Origin: Dendrobates tinctorius
Lineage: Eukaryota
DNA length: 64,000 nucleotides
Direction: 5' to 3'
Assembly (NCBI RefSeq): GCF_039654945.1
Contig: NW_027361686.1
Coordinates: 17,236,001 to 17,300,000 of the forward strand
Below, piece by piece: positions 25,070 through 37,280 of the stretch. The translations under genes and the position numbers were made by a program. How positions within the stretch are numbered: the stretch's first letter is position 1; each line of letters opens with the position of its first letter. Under the pieces are notes generated by a model. That model made no database searches. It was given only the letters and a program-made list of their open reading frames with translations, and was not told the origin of the DNA.

Positions 25070-26162
25070 AAATGGGCTGTGGGATACTCGGTACCGGGCC
25101 AGTCTCTCAGAGGGGATTGTCACAGCAGCAGTGACCCGGTCCATGGCCCTGGGCGCCGATGAAAAAGGGGATTGAGTGATGGGAATAAAGTTTATGAATG
25201 ATTCGTGATGCCACCTGTGGTGTTCGGCAACGAAGATGTTAAGCCGACGCTGCAGACAGATGGTGGGGTGCAGCAGTGATGTTATAGCCCTCCACAGGCA
25301 GGGCTGTAGTCCCAGGGCAGTGTAGCGAAATGTTTAGGGAGAAGGTGTAGTGTTTGGCACAGAGATGTAGCAGTGCGGAGGATGTTGCAGGAAGGAGGCA
25401 AGGACACAACATGGTGCAGTTTCTTTACCTTTACTTGGCAAATGGAGTCCAGGGTTCTAATTACAGCCTGGAGCAACTCAGGGATCTCTCTATTAGATGG
25501 GTTGTGTAGTCTCCTTCCTAGCGCTGGCTTGAGGTACACCCAGTACTATGTTACACTGAAGTTCCTCCTTCTTATCTTCTCTTAGAACTACCTCGTATGG
25601 CAGACAGCTGTAGCCCTCTATATCTCTTGGCTAGCCAGTCGCTGTTGTGCCTCCGAGTCTTAGTTGGGAATAGAGCATTTACAGCTTCCTACTCCTCTGG
25701 TTTCTGTTGTTCAGTATCCATACAACTGTGGAGACCAGGCTCCAGATCATGCGCTCTCACTGGGAGGGAGCTCTCTATCCTCAGCCCAACCTCCAGCTTC
25801 TCTCCACGCGTCTACACTCGTTGCCCTCCTCACACTATTTCCCTTTCTGGTCCTCAGAGCGCGCTCCTCCCCCAATCCTGGTTCAGAGCTCCCTCTGCTG
25901 GCCTGAAGTGGGAACGTGTTGCATGTAAATGATTAACTGTTAGAGAGACCCTTTCTTGCTTCCAAGCATGACATCACCCTCCCTGGAGGAAGGCAATGCC
26001 ACTGTGGCGGCCATACTCCTGGGGGTGCCACATTTACAAAAATCAAAAGACTGACTATCACTTCCAGTCTATCACTTCCAAACAGAAATCATGTGTGAAC
26101 AGGTGCTTACTAACAGTAGCCATCTCTACAGTATATATAAAGTAGCACTCTGTAATGCTATA

Positions 26163-27790
26163 CAGTTGTGCTCACAAGTTTACATACCCCGGCAGAATTT
26201 TTGCTTTCTTGGCCTTTTTTCAGAGAATATGAATGATAATACCAAATCTTTTTCTCCACTCATGGTAAGTGGTTGGGTGAAGTCATTTATTGTCAAACTA
26301 CTGTGTTTTCTCTTTTTAAATCATAATGACAACTCAAAACATCCAAATGACCCTGATCAAAAGTTCACATACACCATTCTTAATACCATGTATTGCCCCC
26401 TCTAACATCAATGACAGCTTGAAGTCTTTTGTGGTAGTTGTAGATGAAGTTCTTCATTTTCTCAGATGGTAAAACTGCCCACTCTTCTTGGCAAAAAGCC
26501 TCCAGTTCCTGTAAATTCCTGGGCTGCCTAGCATGACCTGCGAGCTGGAGATCTCCCCAGAGTGGCTCAATGATATTGAGGTCAGGAGGCTGAGATGGCC
26601 ACACCAGAACCTTCACCTTGTTCGTCTTGGCCTTGTGTTTTGGATCGTTATCATGTTGGAACGTCCAAGCAAATCCCATACGCAGCTTCCGGGTTGATGA
26701 CTGCAAATTTGTCGCCAGTATTTGCTGATAACGTGCTGCATTAATCTTTCCTTGAACTTTGACCAAGTTTCCTGTGACTTTGTAGCTAACAAATCCCCAA
26801 AACATCAGCGATCCACCTCTGTGCTTTACAGTTGGAATGGTGTTCCTTTCATCATAGGCTTTGTTGACCTCTCTCTAAATCGAATGTTTATAGTTGTGGG
26901 CAAAAAGTTACATTTTGGTCTCATCACTCCAAATTACCTAGTTCCAGAAGTTTTGAGGCTTGTCTCTGTGCCGTTTTGCGCATTGTAGGCGAGATACTTT
27001 GTGGCATTTGTGCAGTAATGGCTTTCTTCTGGCGATGCAACCATGCAGCCCATTTTTCTCCAAGTGCCTCCTTATTGCGCATCTTGAAACAGCCACACCG
27101 CTAGTTTTCAGAGAGTCCAGTATTTCAGGTGATGTTACTTGTGGGTTTTTCATTGCATCAGCAAAAAATTTTCCTGGCAGGTGTGGATGAAATTTTTGTT
27201 GGTGTACCTGACCATGGTTTTGTTTTTACAGATCTCCTGATTTTCCATTTGTTAATGCCAGTCAGCAGCATTCAAACTGTGATTATCAATTCCTTGGATA
27301 TCTTTGTGTATCCCTTTCCTGTTTTATACAGTTCAACTACCTTTTCCCGTAGATCCATTGACAATTCTTTTGCTTCCCCCATGACTCACAATCTAGAAAT
27401 ATCAGTGGCTGGATGAAAGATTCAAGGGTCTGTCTGGATCCCAGAAACTCACTCAGCTTTTATGCACACACAATGACTACAAGCAAACAGATCACCGTTG
27501 AGGATGTTACCTTTAGTAGCCATTCAAACCCATTTGTGTCAACTTCTGTGCATGTTTATCAGGCCAAAATCACCAGGGTATGTGAACTTTTGATCAGGGT
27601 CATTTGGATGTTTTGGGTTGTCATTAGGATTTAAAGAGAGAAAACACAGGAGTTTGACAATAAATGGCTTCACCCAACCACTAACCATGAGTGGAGAAAA
27701 AGTTTTGGTGTTATCATTCATATTCTCTGAAAAAAAAAGGTTAAGAAAGCAAACATTCTACCGAGGTATGTAAACTTTTGAGCACAACTG
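26163..27790 (-). mobile_element. Tc1-like IR-DR transposon (family C), degenerate transposase at ~26380-27382
   Basis: TA|CAGTTGTGCTCACAAGTTTACATAC...GTATGTAAACTTTTGAGCACAACTG|TA, ~210-bp TIRs, FQHDNDPKH and PDLNIIEPLW motifs. Confidence 0.94.
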
Positions 27791-28699
27791 TAGCATGCAG
27801 ATATGGAATATACTGTATGAAATTGGAATAGCATTACTGCTCTAGATAATACAAATAATGAAGATACTTAGCACATAAATTGTCCAATTCAACCAATGAC
27901 AAGGCGTCCCTCTTTTTTGTTTGCATCCCGAGATAAGTAGTCTGGATGGGGATTGATGGGAAGTTCAGAGCATAGTGAATACTAGATCAGGACGATAGCA
28001 ACAAGTGGCTGAAGGAAAGCTAAGAAAGGAAAATCAAGGTTTGTGGACTCATTAATGACAGGATTGGACAAATCCTTCTTTTGTGCCTAGAAAACCCCTA
28101 TAACTGTCAGGATCACCTAGCGGTGTTGATCATGGTGCCCATTCTCCCCCTAATTCCCGGTGATGTGATGGTGGGATGCTGAGCGGTTACCATGGCAGCC
28201 GGTGGTCTACTGGAGACCCTACTTGCCGCTATCTTTGTAGGCGCTGGTTAGTTCCGCTCTATACTGTAACCCTGCAGTATTGCTGAATGGAAGAGCATAC
28301 TCCCTACGGGGACTAAAAAATAAAATAGTCAAAAATAATAAAAGACAATTTAAATACAACAAAAGAGTGCGGTCACCCTCCTTTTCCCAATACAATAAAA
28401 TATAAACATATTTGTTATCACCACGTCCACAAACTCCAGTCTATGACTACACCACATGCTTCCCACGGCGGTAAGGGGCGATAAAGACCCTGCTGCCCCT
28501 CTGCTGCTGCACTGCCAGGGATTCTCTGCATCTCTTGATCATCTGTAGATTTGTAATAACCCAAGAACCATCAATATGGAAAACACAAGAGTGTTCAGTA
28601 AAAAATGAGGGCAAACTGCCATTTCCATATAACCAGGGCAGGAGAAAATACAAAAACAACCGCAGGCTAACGCAAGGTGTGAACTCAGGGTCAAGCCGC

Positions 28700-28860
28700 G
28701 CCTTGTTAATAAAGCTTTCCATGTTGTGGGTGCGGCAGAAGTGACGTCACGCTGAGGGCGGAAGCGGCGCAGTGTTGTGTAATGCTGCCAGGAATGTAGC
28801 TTTTTCCTCTTGTTCTACTTCCGGGGTCAAAGGGCGTCGGCTCTGGGGCGTATACTGCTG
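28700..28860 (+). promoter_or_regulatory. CpG-island promoter of an unidentified host gene
   Basis: GCAGAAGTGACGTCAC (full CRE at 28742-28749, one mismatch from the ETS-CRE composite), GGGCGG/CGGAAG at 28756-28764, ACTTCCGG at 28817-28824, DR1-like GGGTCAAAGGGC, and sharp CpG enrichment in non-repeat sequence. Confidence 0.72.
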
Positions 28861-28985
28861 CTTGCTGGCCGTGTAGCGGAGACACCAGAAGGGAGGCCTC
28901 GGTCGGATGAAGAAACCTCCATTACTGGGAGGAGGGACGCCATCCTAGAGTGTGCAGCGGCCACCGCAGGGAGCTCAGCGGAGAG
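28820..28985 (+). other. Probable non-coding first exon (start approximate)
   Basis: GC-rich unique sequence with YY1-like CGCCATC, ending at donor GAG|GTGCGT (28985/28986). Confidence 0.5.
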
Positions 28986-29257
28986 GTGCGTGATGCTGTG
29001 GGCGCAGGGCAGCGGGACTGCTGGGGCTGTGACATCTCTGCCAGTGCTGACACCCCGGCATCCGTGACGGTGGGTGGCATTGTGCTGGCTGCCGGTCACC
29101 GTGAGCCGTGCTGTGCCTGTAGTGATCCGGCAGTAATGCAGGCTGTGCCTCCCAGAGCTGCACGCCGGCATCTGTGCCAGTCCGGGGCTGCTGTCTGTGG
29201 TGCATCATGTCTGAGCCTGTCAGAGGGCTGGCTGGGGCTGCAGGATGGCGACACCAC

Positions 29258-30560
29258 AGCGGAGTGGCGCTGCAGCGTGATGGTGACGTCTGAGCGGAAT
29301 GGCGCTGCAGCATGATGGTGACGTCTGAGCGGAATGGCGCTGCAGCATGATGGTGACGTCTGAGCGGAATGGCGCTGCAGCATGATGGTGACGTCTGAGC
29401 GGAATGGCGCTGCAGCATGATGGTGACGTCTGAGCGGAATGGCGCTGCAGCATGATGGCGACGTCTGAGCGGAATGGCGCTGCAGCATGATGGCGACGTC
29501 AGAGGGGAATGGCGCTGTAGCATGATGGTGACGTCTGAGCGGAATGGCGCTGCAGCATGATGGTGACGTCTGAGCGGAATGGCGCTGCAGCATGATGGTG
29601 ACGTCTGAGCGGAATGGCGCTGCAGCATGATGGTGACGTCTGAGCGGAATGGCGCTGCAGCATGATGGCGACGTCTGAGCGGAATGGCGCTGCAGCATGA
29701 TGGCGACGTCAGAGGGGAATGGCGCTGCAGCATGATGGTGACGTCTGAGCGGAATGGCGCTGCAGCATGATGGTGACGTCTGAGCGGAATGGCGCTGCAG
29801 CATGATGGTGACGTCTGAGCGGAATGGCGCTGCAGCATGATGGCGACGTCTGAGCGGAATGGCGCTGCAGCATGATGGCGACGTCTGAGCGGAATGGCGC
29901 TGCAGCATGATGGCGACGGTGATGGTGACGTCAGAGGGGAATGGCGCTGCAGCATGATGGTGACGTCTGAGCGGAATGGCGCTGCAGCATGATGGCGACG
30001 TCTGAGCGAAATGGCGCTGCAGCATGATGGCGACGTCAGAGGGGAATGGCGCTGTAGCATGATGGCGACGTTGGAGCGGAATGGCTCTGCAGCATGATGG
30101 CGACGTTGGAGCGGAATGGCACTGCAGCATGATGGCGACGTTGGAGCGGAATGGCGCTGCAGCATGATGGCGACGTTGGAGCGGAATGGCGCTGCAGCAT
30201 GATGGCGACGACGGAGAGGTGTGGCGCTACAGCATGATGGCGACGTTGGAGCAGAGTGGCGCTGCAGCATGATGGCGACGTCGGAGCAGAGTGGCGCTGC
30301 AGCATGATGGCGACGTTGGAGTGGAATGGCGCTGCAGCATGTTGGGGACGTCTGAGCGGAATGGCGCTGCAGCATGATGGTGACGTCTGAGCGGAATGGC
30401 GCTGCAGCATGATGGTGACGTCTGAGCGGAATGGCGCTGCAGCATGATGGTGACGTCTGAGCGGAATGGCGCTGCAGCATGATGGCGACGTCTGAGCGGA
30501 ATGGCGCTGCAGCATGATGGCGACGTCTGAGCGGAATGGCGCTGCAGCATGATGGCGACA
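29258..30560. repeat. 35-bp CpG-rich minisatellite, ~36 copies
   Basis: Unit GATGG(T/C)GACGTCTGAGCGGAATGGCGCTGCAGCAT. Degenerate units continue to ~30800. Confidence 0.97.
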
Positions 30561-32727
30561 CATCAAGTATAATGGCACAACATGATTGCGACATAGCAGC
30601 GTAATGGCACGGCATGATGACGTACGGTGGAATGGCACTGCAGCATGATGGCGTGGCAGCGGAATGGTGGTGCAGCGTGAAAGCATAATGGCACAGCATG
30701 ATGAGTTACAGCGGAATGGCGCTGCAGCATGTTGGCTACATGGCAGCGTAATGGTGCTGCAGAATGGTGACCTAACAGTTGAATGGTGCTGCAGAGTGGT
30801 GATGCTCCAACGTATTGGAGATGTCACTGGTGAATTGTCCTAAATCGCAGCCTTTGGTTTCTTTTGTTTCGGTTTGCAGAGACTTTTAGTTGTGGCCTTT
30901 AGATATTGTTTCCAGCAAATTGTTGCTCAGCAGGAAAAAGGTTCACAGGAAAGAGCAGCAGAGGAAGACTAGGGTATGTTATAGTTGTATGTATTTGGGC
31001 TGCATACTGCATGGTAAGCAGCTGGGGTCCGGAGCTGCTGCCTCCTCCACATCTGATCTCCAACCATTACACTCCTGGCATCGGAGCTGAAGTTTGCTCT
31101 TTGCGCACATACTATAAGAAGTGAATGACTGTGTCTTCTATAGTTCTCCCGATCGGGCTGCACAGTGTCTGCTCTGCCTTTCGTTGCTGAGAATATTTCC
31201 CCATTTGATGTCGTCACTACATGTGTTCTTCACGTTGGATCTGTCTGGACATATTATGTCCCTCTGCTGATCCTGGGACCCGGCACTGTGTCCTCAGATC
31301 TGCCATCTGCAGGAGCCCTAAGTGTACGTTCACACCGTTTTCTATGTGGATTTTGGAGCGAATTCTGCACACGAGACGATACTTTGTATAATAAGGTTCT
31401 CATTCATTTTAATGGGGAAAATGTTTAGTGTACAAAATGCTGTCTTTTTCACATGTACAAAACAGGGACAAGAGTGTCTTGGGGCATTTCGGCTTTATAA
31501 CAAAAGTCTCCATATTTGACTGTTGAATAAACAAAATGCGTTAAATACAAGCCATAAAAATCCTCATCTAAGTAGTTGTAGAGTCTGTACAGCGCTGCGG
31601 AATATGATGGCGCTATATAAGCAAAGCATAGTAACAAATCCTCTCTGAGATGTCCCATTTGTGATTGACAGCTGTCCTCATATGCACGCGCAAGGGAGAG
31701 AGACCTGTCTGACACCTGCAGTGGCTCTGGGATTGGGCTTGTCTGCATCTATGGTCTCCTGGTCTCCAACCAGATGCTCAGATTGTTTCAGAGAACAATA
31801 TCACCGGCTGCAGTTCTGCCATCAGGCTGCGATTTGTGCTGGCAGCAGGAATCGCCTGACGGGTTCCCTTTACTTCAAGCCGTTTTCCTCTTCACACTGA
31901 CCCCATTTTGGTGACTAACATTGGGACAATTCTGTGGATGTATCAACTATATACTGATCCTCACTTAACAGAAATCTCGTGATGGTTGTTGGAGACCATA
32001 ATGATGTCATTTTAAATGCCTCTGTTCTTTTCCTGTTCCTGGGGGCTGCCATATTGGGTATACACTTCCTTTCTGTGCATGTGGTCTATGACAGATGAAA
32101 TGACATGCATCTGATTAGTACAGTCTCCAGAATTGATGGTGTGTTGCCCCCTCCAGCAGGGACCAGCAGGGGTGCACAATCTGCCAGCTCAGTGGCCCTT
32201 ACTGGCTGAGATGTCATTCTGTGCAGGCTGCCAACCACTTGGTCACCACATGCTGGTGGTGGGTGTCCATTTGGATCTCGGGGAGGAGTAGTGCGTAGAT
32301 GGAAGCAGACAGGTGCCTTGCATTCTGATGATAATTTTCGTTTAAATTAGTGGCACCATACATCTTCATGTATCCACAGCTAGAAGAAAACCCATTTTGC
32401 TGGTTTCCTAGGTAACGCTGATACTTTTCATCTACATTCATTCATATTCATCTATATTTGATGGTATATTAGGTCATGGAAAAGCAGATGTAAAGTGAAT
32501 GTGCAGCAAGGGGCTTAGAGGGCTGGATGGGTCAATCTTTCCTATATATTTCCTGTTTCACAATCCGAGGATGGACCATCATGCACCAACTGGCTGCAGG
32601 TCCTCAGAACCAAACCTGATGGTCTCATAGGCATATATGACACTGTCATGCGAGAGACTTACAGCCAGTCTATGCATGGTGGTCGGTACTCAGACCATGA
32701 GCCAGTGACATCCGGATGAGGCCTTAA

Positions 32728-33142
32728 GGCTAGTTTCACATTAGCGTTTTGAGGCGCAGCGGACGCTCGCCATGAAGCTCCGCCTCCTCCGGTCAGCTCC
32801 ACCTATGGGCGCATGACGCTGCACGCGACCTGCGTACCCTATCTTTAGCATTGGATACGCAGGCCGTGCGCAGGTATGCTTTTGCCGGCGCATGTGTCCT
32901 TTTGACGCTGCGCCGACCTGCGCCAAACACATTGTGTTGCATTTTGGTGCGGCCTGCGCACCGTCAAAAGGACGCATGCTCCGGCAGAAGCATGCCTGCG
33001 TACCCAATGCTAAAGATAGGGTACACAGGTCGCATGCAGCGTCATGCGCCCATAGGCGGAGCTGACTGGAGGAGGCGCGGCAGGGGGCGGAGCTTCACAG
33101 TGAGCATCCGCTGCGCCTCAAAACGCTAGTGTGAAACTAGCC
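32728..33142. mobile_element. Harbinger/Tourist-type palindromic MITE
   Basis: TAA|GGCTAGTTTCACA(T)TAGCGTTTTGAGGCGCAGCGGA...TCCGCTGCGCCTCAAAACGCTAGTGTGAAACTAGCC|TTA. Fold-back over most of its length. Confidence 0.9.
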
Positions 33143-33308
33143 TTAGATGGCCATATACCTTCAGTAGTGTTCAGGCGAGCACTTGTTCACCTCATAGCAC
33201 TTCCTTCCAACATCTCTGTACACATGCATGCTCAGTTCAGCCGATCATGCAAGTGGCCTCAAGAAATTGGCTTGGCTGCAATGGGAATAAGGGAATCTGC
33301 AATGGAAC

Positions 33309-34809
33309 CAAGGCTGTGGAGTCTGTGTCTATTTTGGTGGAGTTGGAATAAAATGGACCAATTCATATTCCTGAAATATATACGGTAATACATTGGGTAC
33401 AATGCAGGATGTGCTGTAACTTTTTTCATAATTTGGGAAAGTTATGAAATGTCCTATAAATGTCTGTTCTGTTCCTGATCTAAGGATCTGGGCTTTTAGT
33501 TGAGATGAATCTGTGCTGCACTTTATGTACAGGCTCAGTAGTGACCAGTGCTGTGGGGTCAGAGTTATGAAATGTCCTATAAATGTCTGTTCTGTTCCTG
33601 ATCTAAGGATCTGGGCTTTTAGTGGAGATGAATCTGTGCTGCACTTTATGTACAGGCTCAGTAGTGACCAGTGCTGTGGGGTCGGAGTTATGAAATGTCC
33701 TATAAATGTCTGTTCTGTTCCTGATCTAAGGATCTGGGCTTTTAGTTGAGATGAATCTGTACTGCACTTTATGTACAGGCTCAGTAGTGACCAGTGCTGT
33801 GGGGTCAGAGTTATGAAATGTCCTATAAATGTCTGTCTTGTTCCTGATCTAAGGATCTGGGCTTTTAGTTGAGATGAATCTGTACTGCACTTTATGTACA
33901 GGCTCAGTAGTGACCAGTGCTGTGGGGTCGGAGTTATGAAATGTCCTATAAATGTCTGTTCTGTTCCTGATCTAAGGATCTGGGCTTTTAGTTGAGATGA
34001 ATCTGTGCTGCACTTTATGTACAGGCTCAGTAGTGACCAGTGCTGTGGAGTTATGAAATGTCCTATAAATGTCTGTTCTGTTCCTGATCTAAGGATCTGG
34101 GCTTTTAGTGGAGATGAATCTGTGCTGCACTTTATGTACAGGCTCAGTAGTGACCAGTGCTGTGGAGTTATGAAATGTCCTATAAATGTCTGTTCTGTTC
34201 CTGATCTAAGGATCTGGGCTTTTAGTTGAGATGAATCTGTACTGCACTTTATGTACAGGCTCAGTAGTGACCAGTGCTGTGGGGTCGGAGTTATGAAATG
34301 TCCTATAAATGTCTGTTCTGTTCCTGATCTAAGGATCTGGGCTTTTAGTGGAGATGAATCTGTGCTGCACTTTATGTACAGGCTCAGTAGTGACCAGTGC
34401 TGTGGGGTCAGAGTTATGAAATGTCCTATAAATGTCTGTTCTGTTCCTGATCTAAGGATCTGGGCTTTTAGTGGAGATGAATCTGTGCTGCACTTTATGT
34501 ACAGGCTCAGTAGTGACCAGTGCTGTGGGGTCGGAGTTATGAAATGTCCTATAAATGTCTGTTCTGTTCCTGATCTAAGGATCTGGGCTTTTAGTTGAGA
34601 TGAATCTGTACTGCACTTTATGTACAGGCTCAGTAGTGACCAGTGCTGTGGGGTCGGAGTTATGAAATGTCCTATAAATGTCTGTTCTGTTCCTGATCTA
34701 AGGATCTGGGCTTTTAGTGGAGATGAATCTGTGCTGCACTTTATGTACAGGCTCAGTAGTGACCAGTGCTGTGGGGTCGGAGGTTTGGCTTACTTACTCC
34801 ACAGCCCTG
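33309..34809 (+). mobile_element. Non-autonomous hAT element carrying an internal 123-bp tandem array
   Basis: CAAGGCTGTGGAGT...ACTCCACAGCCCTG termini are the same as the hAT at 40241-43141. Eroded 8-bp flanks AATGGAAC/GATGAAGC. Confidence 0.75.
33441..34782. repeat. 123-bp (some 117-bp) tandem repeat, ~11 copies
   Basis: Unit GTTATGAAATGTCCTATAAATG...CCAGTGCTGTGGGGTC(A/G)GA. Confidence 0.97.
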
Positions 34810-35059
34810 GATGAAGCACGGTATGCCTGATCCTTTTTTTTTCTCAACATCATTTATCACCGTACAGTCTGGAGGACCTCATAAATATTTGATAGCCCTC
34901 TGCCCTTGCCAATGTTTGGCTGACTTTGCTTTAAATTGTATGGGAACATTAAAGGGTTTCGGCCACTTTATTTTAATAAATGTGTTGGGTACATGAGATA
35001 CTAGAACTAATATATACATCAGTGTTAGAAAGTTTGAGGATCCTTCAGAATTTTCCAAT

Positions 35060-35995
35060 TTTTCAATTTCTGAGGAAGAATGTTCTGCAGTATGTACCAG
35101 CGGAGGAAGAGGGGAAAGGGTTTTACTCTCCCTTGTTTATAATAAAGGAGCGGATGGCTCGTACAGGACAATCTTTAATTTAAAGGGCCTGAACAAATTT
35201 TTGAAAGATCCCAAAGTTCAAGATGGAGTCAATAAAGTCGGCGATTCAGCTACTCTTTTTGAACTTCTATATGGCCGTCTTGGACTTGAAGGATGCATAT
35301 TACCACATGCCATAGATCACATATTACCACATTCCATAGATCACAAGAGATAGCTCTACCTTTGTTTGGTCCTCACTCAAAAAATAATAGGGAAAAGATA
35401 TTCCATACCCTAGATGTTAGGAGATGCTTCCTTCATTATTTACAGGAAACAATATCCTGGAGGAAGGATAGGGCGCTGTTTATCTCCTTCCAGGGCTCTG
35501 GGAATGGGAAGGGAGCCTCAAAGGGTACCCTATCCAGATGGATAAGGGAAGCTATCAAGTTGGCCTATGTATGTGCGGGAAGACCGGTCTCGGACGATCT
35601 AAGGGCCCACTCTACAAGGACCACCTTCTATAGTCACTATAGACTGAATCTTACGTTTGGTAAAAGGGTTCTACAAGCTGTGGTTCCTTCCCTGACAGAG
35701 TAATTCTCTGTAATTCTCTTGTTGGTTCTGTCATGGGTGATAGGAAAATACATATATTACTTACCGGTAATGTGTTTTTACGAAACCCATGACTGCACCC
35801 TCATATTCCCTCCTTGTTCTAAGCTATGTGTGTGTACACTAACCCGGAGGTCCTCTCATGCTCTGTAAACCACTGATTTTGCGAGAGGAGCCGCCCTTTT
35901 TATCTTAAAGGTACTCTGTCCTTGAAGGGCGGATCCCCTCTCGTTGGTGCTGTCATGGGTTTCGTAAAAACACATTACTGGTAAGTAATAGACAT
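35060..35995 (+). mobile_element. Internally deleted DIRS1-like retrotransposon remnant
   Basis: RT fragment (GFYSPLFII, KFKMES, LDLKDAYYH) joined to a tyrosine recombinase fragment (HTLDVRRC, LSRWIREAI, RAHSTR, TFYSHYRL). An inverted pair ATTACTTACCGGTAATGTGTTTTTACGAAACCCATGAC lies at ~35757 and ~35950. Confidence 0.85.
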
Positions 35996-36019
35996 GTTTT
36001 GAAAGAATGTTTTTTCTTA

Positions 36020-37280
36020 TGTAGTTATAAGGGTTAAATGTTGATCAGCAATTTCTAATTTTTCCCTAAAATTTACAGAACCTTTTTTTTAGGGACCCCA
36101 TCACATTTGAAATGAGTTTGAGGGGCCTATATGACAGGAAATAAACAAAAGTGCACCATTCTAAAAACTGCACCCCTCAAGTTACTCAGAACCACATTCA
36201 AGAAGTTTATTAATCCTTAATGTGCTTCACAAACATAAATGGATTGCGGAAGGAAAAAATGAACATTTAACTTTTTCCCACAAAAATGTTATTTTAGTGC
36301 CATATTTTCCATTTTCACAAGGGTAACAGAAGAAAATGCACCATAAAATTTGTTGTGCGATTTCTCCTGAGTACACAGATACCACATATGTGGAGGAAAA
36401 CTATTGTTTGGGCGCATGGAAGAGCTCGGAAGGAAAGGAGCGCCATTTGACTTTTGGATACAAAATTGGATTGAATCAATATCCAATGCCATGTCGCGTT
36501 TGGAGAGCCCCTGTTGTGCCTAAACAGTAGAAACCCCCACAAATGACCCCATTTTAGAAACTAGACTCCTCAATGAATGTATTTAGTTGTGTGGTGACTA
36601 CTCTGAGGACTTCGAACCCTCAGGGGCTTCACAGAATTTTATGATGTTGAGACGTGAAAATTAAAAAACACATTTTCCCAACAAAAATGTTGTTTCAGCC
36701 CCATTTTTTTTAAATTTTCACAATGATTAACAGGACAAAAGGGATGCCAAAATTTGTTGTGCAAATTTTCTAAAGTATGCAGGTACCTCATTTTTGTTGA
36801 AAAACTACTGCTTGGGCGCATGGCATGGTAGGGCTGGAAAGAGAATGAGTGCTATTTTGGCTGCAATAGGTTGCGAATACCATGTCACATTTGAAGTGCC
36901 ACTGACATGCCAAAAACAGCAGAAAACCCCACAAGTGATCCCATTTTGTAAACTTCTCCTCTCAAGGAATTCATCTAGTGGAGCAGTGAGTATGTTTAAC
37001 CCTCAGGCGATTCACAAACTTGTATAAAATTGGGATGAGTAAATTAAATATTACAATTTTTTTCCCCCACTAAAATATCGCTTTGATCCCAAGTTTGCAA
37101 TTTTTAAAAGGGGTAATAGGAGAAAACAGTACAATTTGTTATGCAATTTCTCCTGAGTACATCAATACCCCACAAGTGATCGAAAACTACTTTTGAGTCA
37201 TAGTGCAAAGCTCAAAAGGGAAGGAGCATCATATTACATTGGCAGAGCCCCTGAGGTACCAAACAGCATCTAGGGATGCA
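36020..37280 (+). mobile_element. Decayed fragment related to the piggyBac-like element at 45284-48421
   Basis: Shares CCATTCTAAAAACTGCACCCCT and CCCCATTTT(G/A)GAAACTAGAC blocks with 45650-46900. Confidence 0.75.

Larger units (their letters stand above)
17421..26032 (-). mobile_element. Ty3/Gypsy LTR retrotransposon (gag, PR, RT, RH, IN), defective
   Basis: Direct repeats at 17421-18440 and 25073-26032, flanks TATA/TTTA, PPT at 18441-18450, PBS at 25051-25069. Domains: CRRCYKAGHLARFC, LLDTGSQVT, YLDD, YTDASNVGLGAVL, YHPQTNGMCEKMN. Confidence 0.95.

Noticed and set aside
28975-30827. Long ORFs of 574, 344 and 263 aa on the - strand
   Set aside because: They are translations of a stop-free 35-bp repeat, giving the same peptide in all frames.
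33441-34782. Regular arrays (also 29258, 51405, 62820) as CRISPR
   Set aside because: Head-to-tail units with no unique spacers, no cas genes, and a eukaryotic context.
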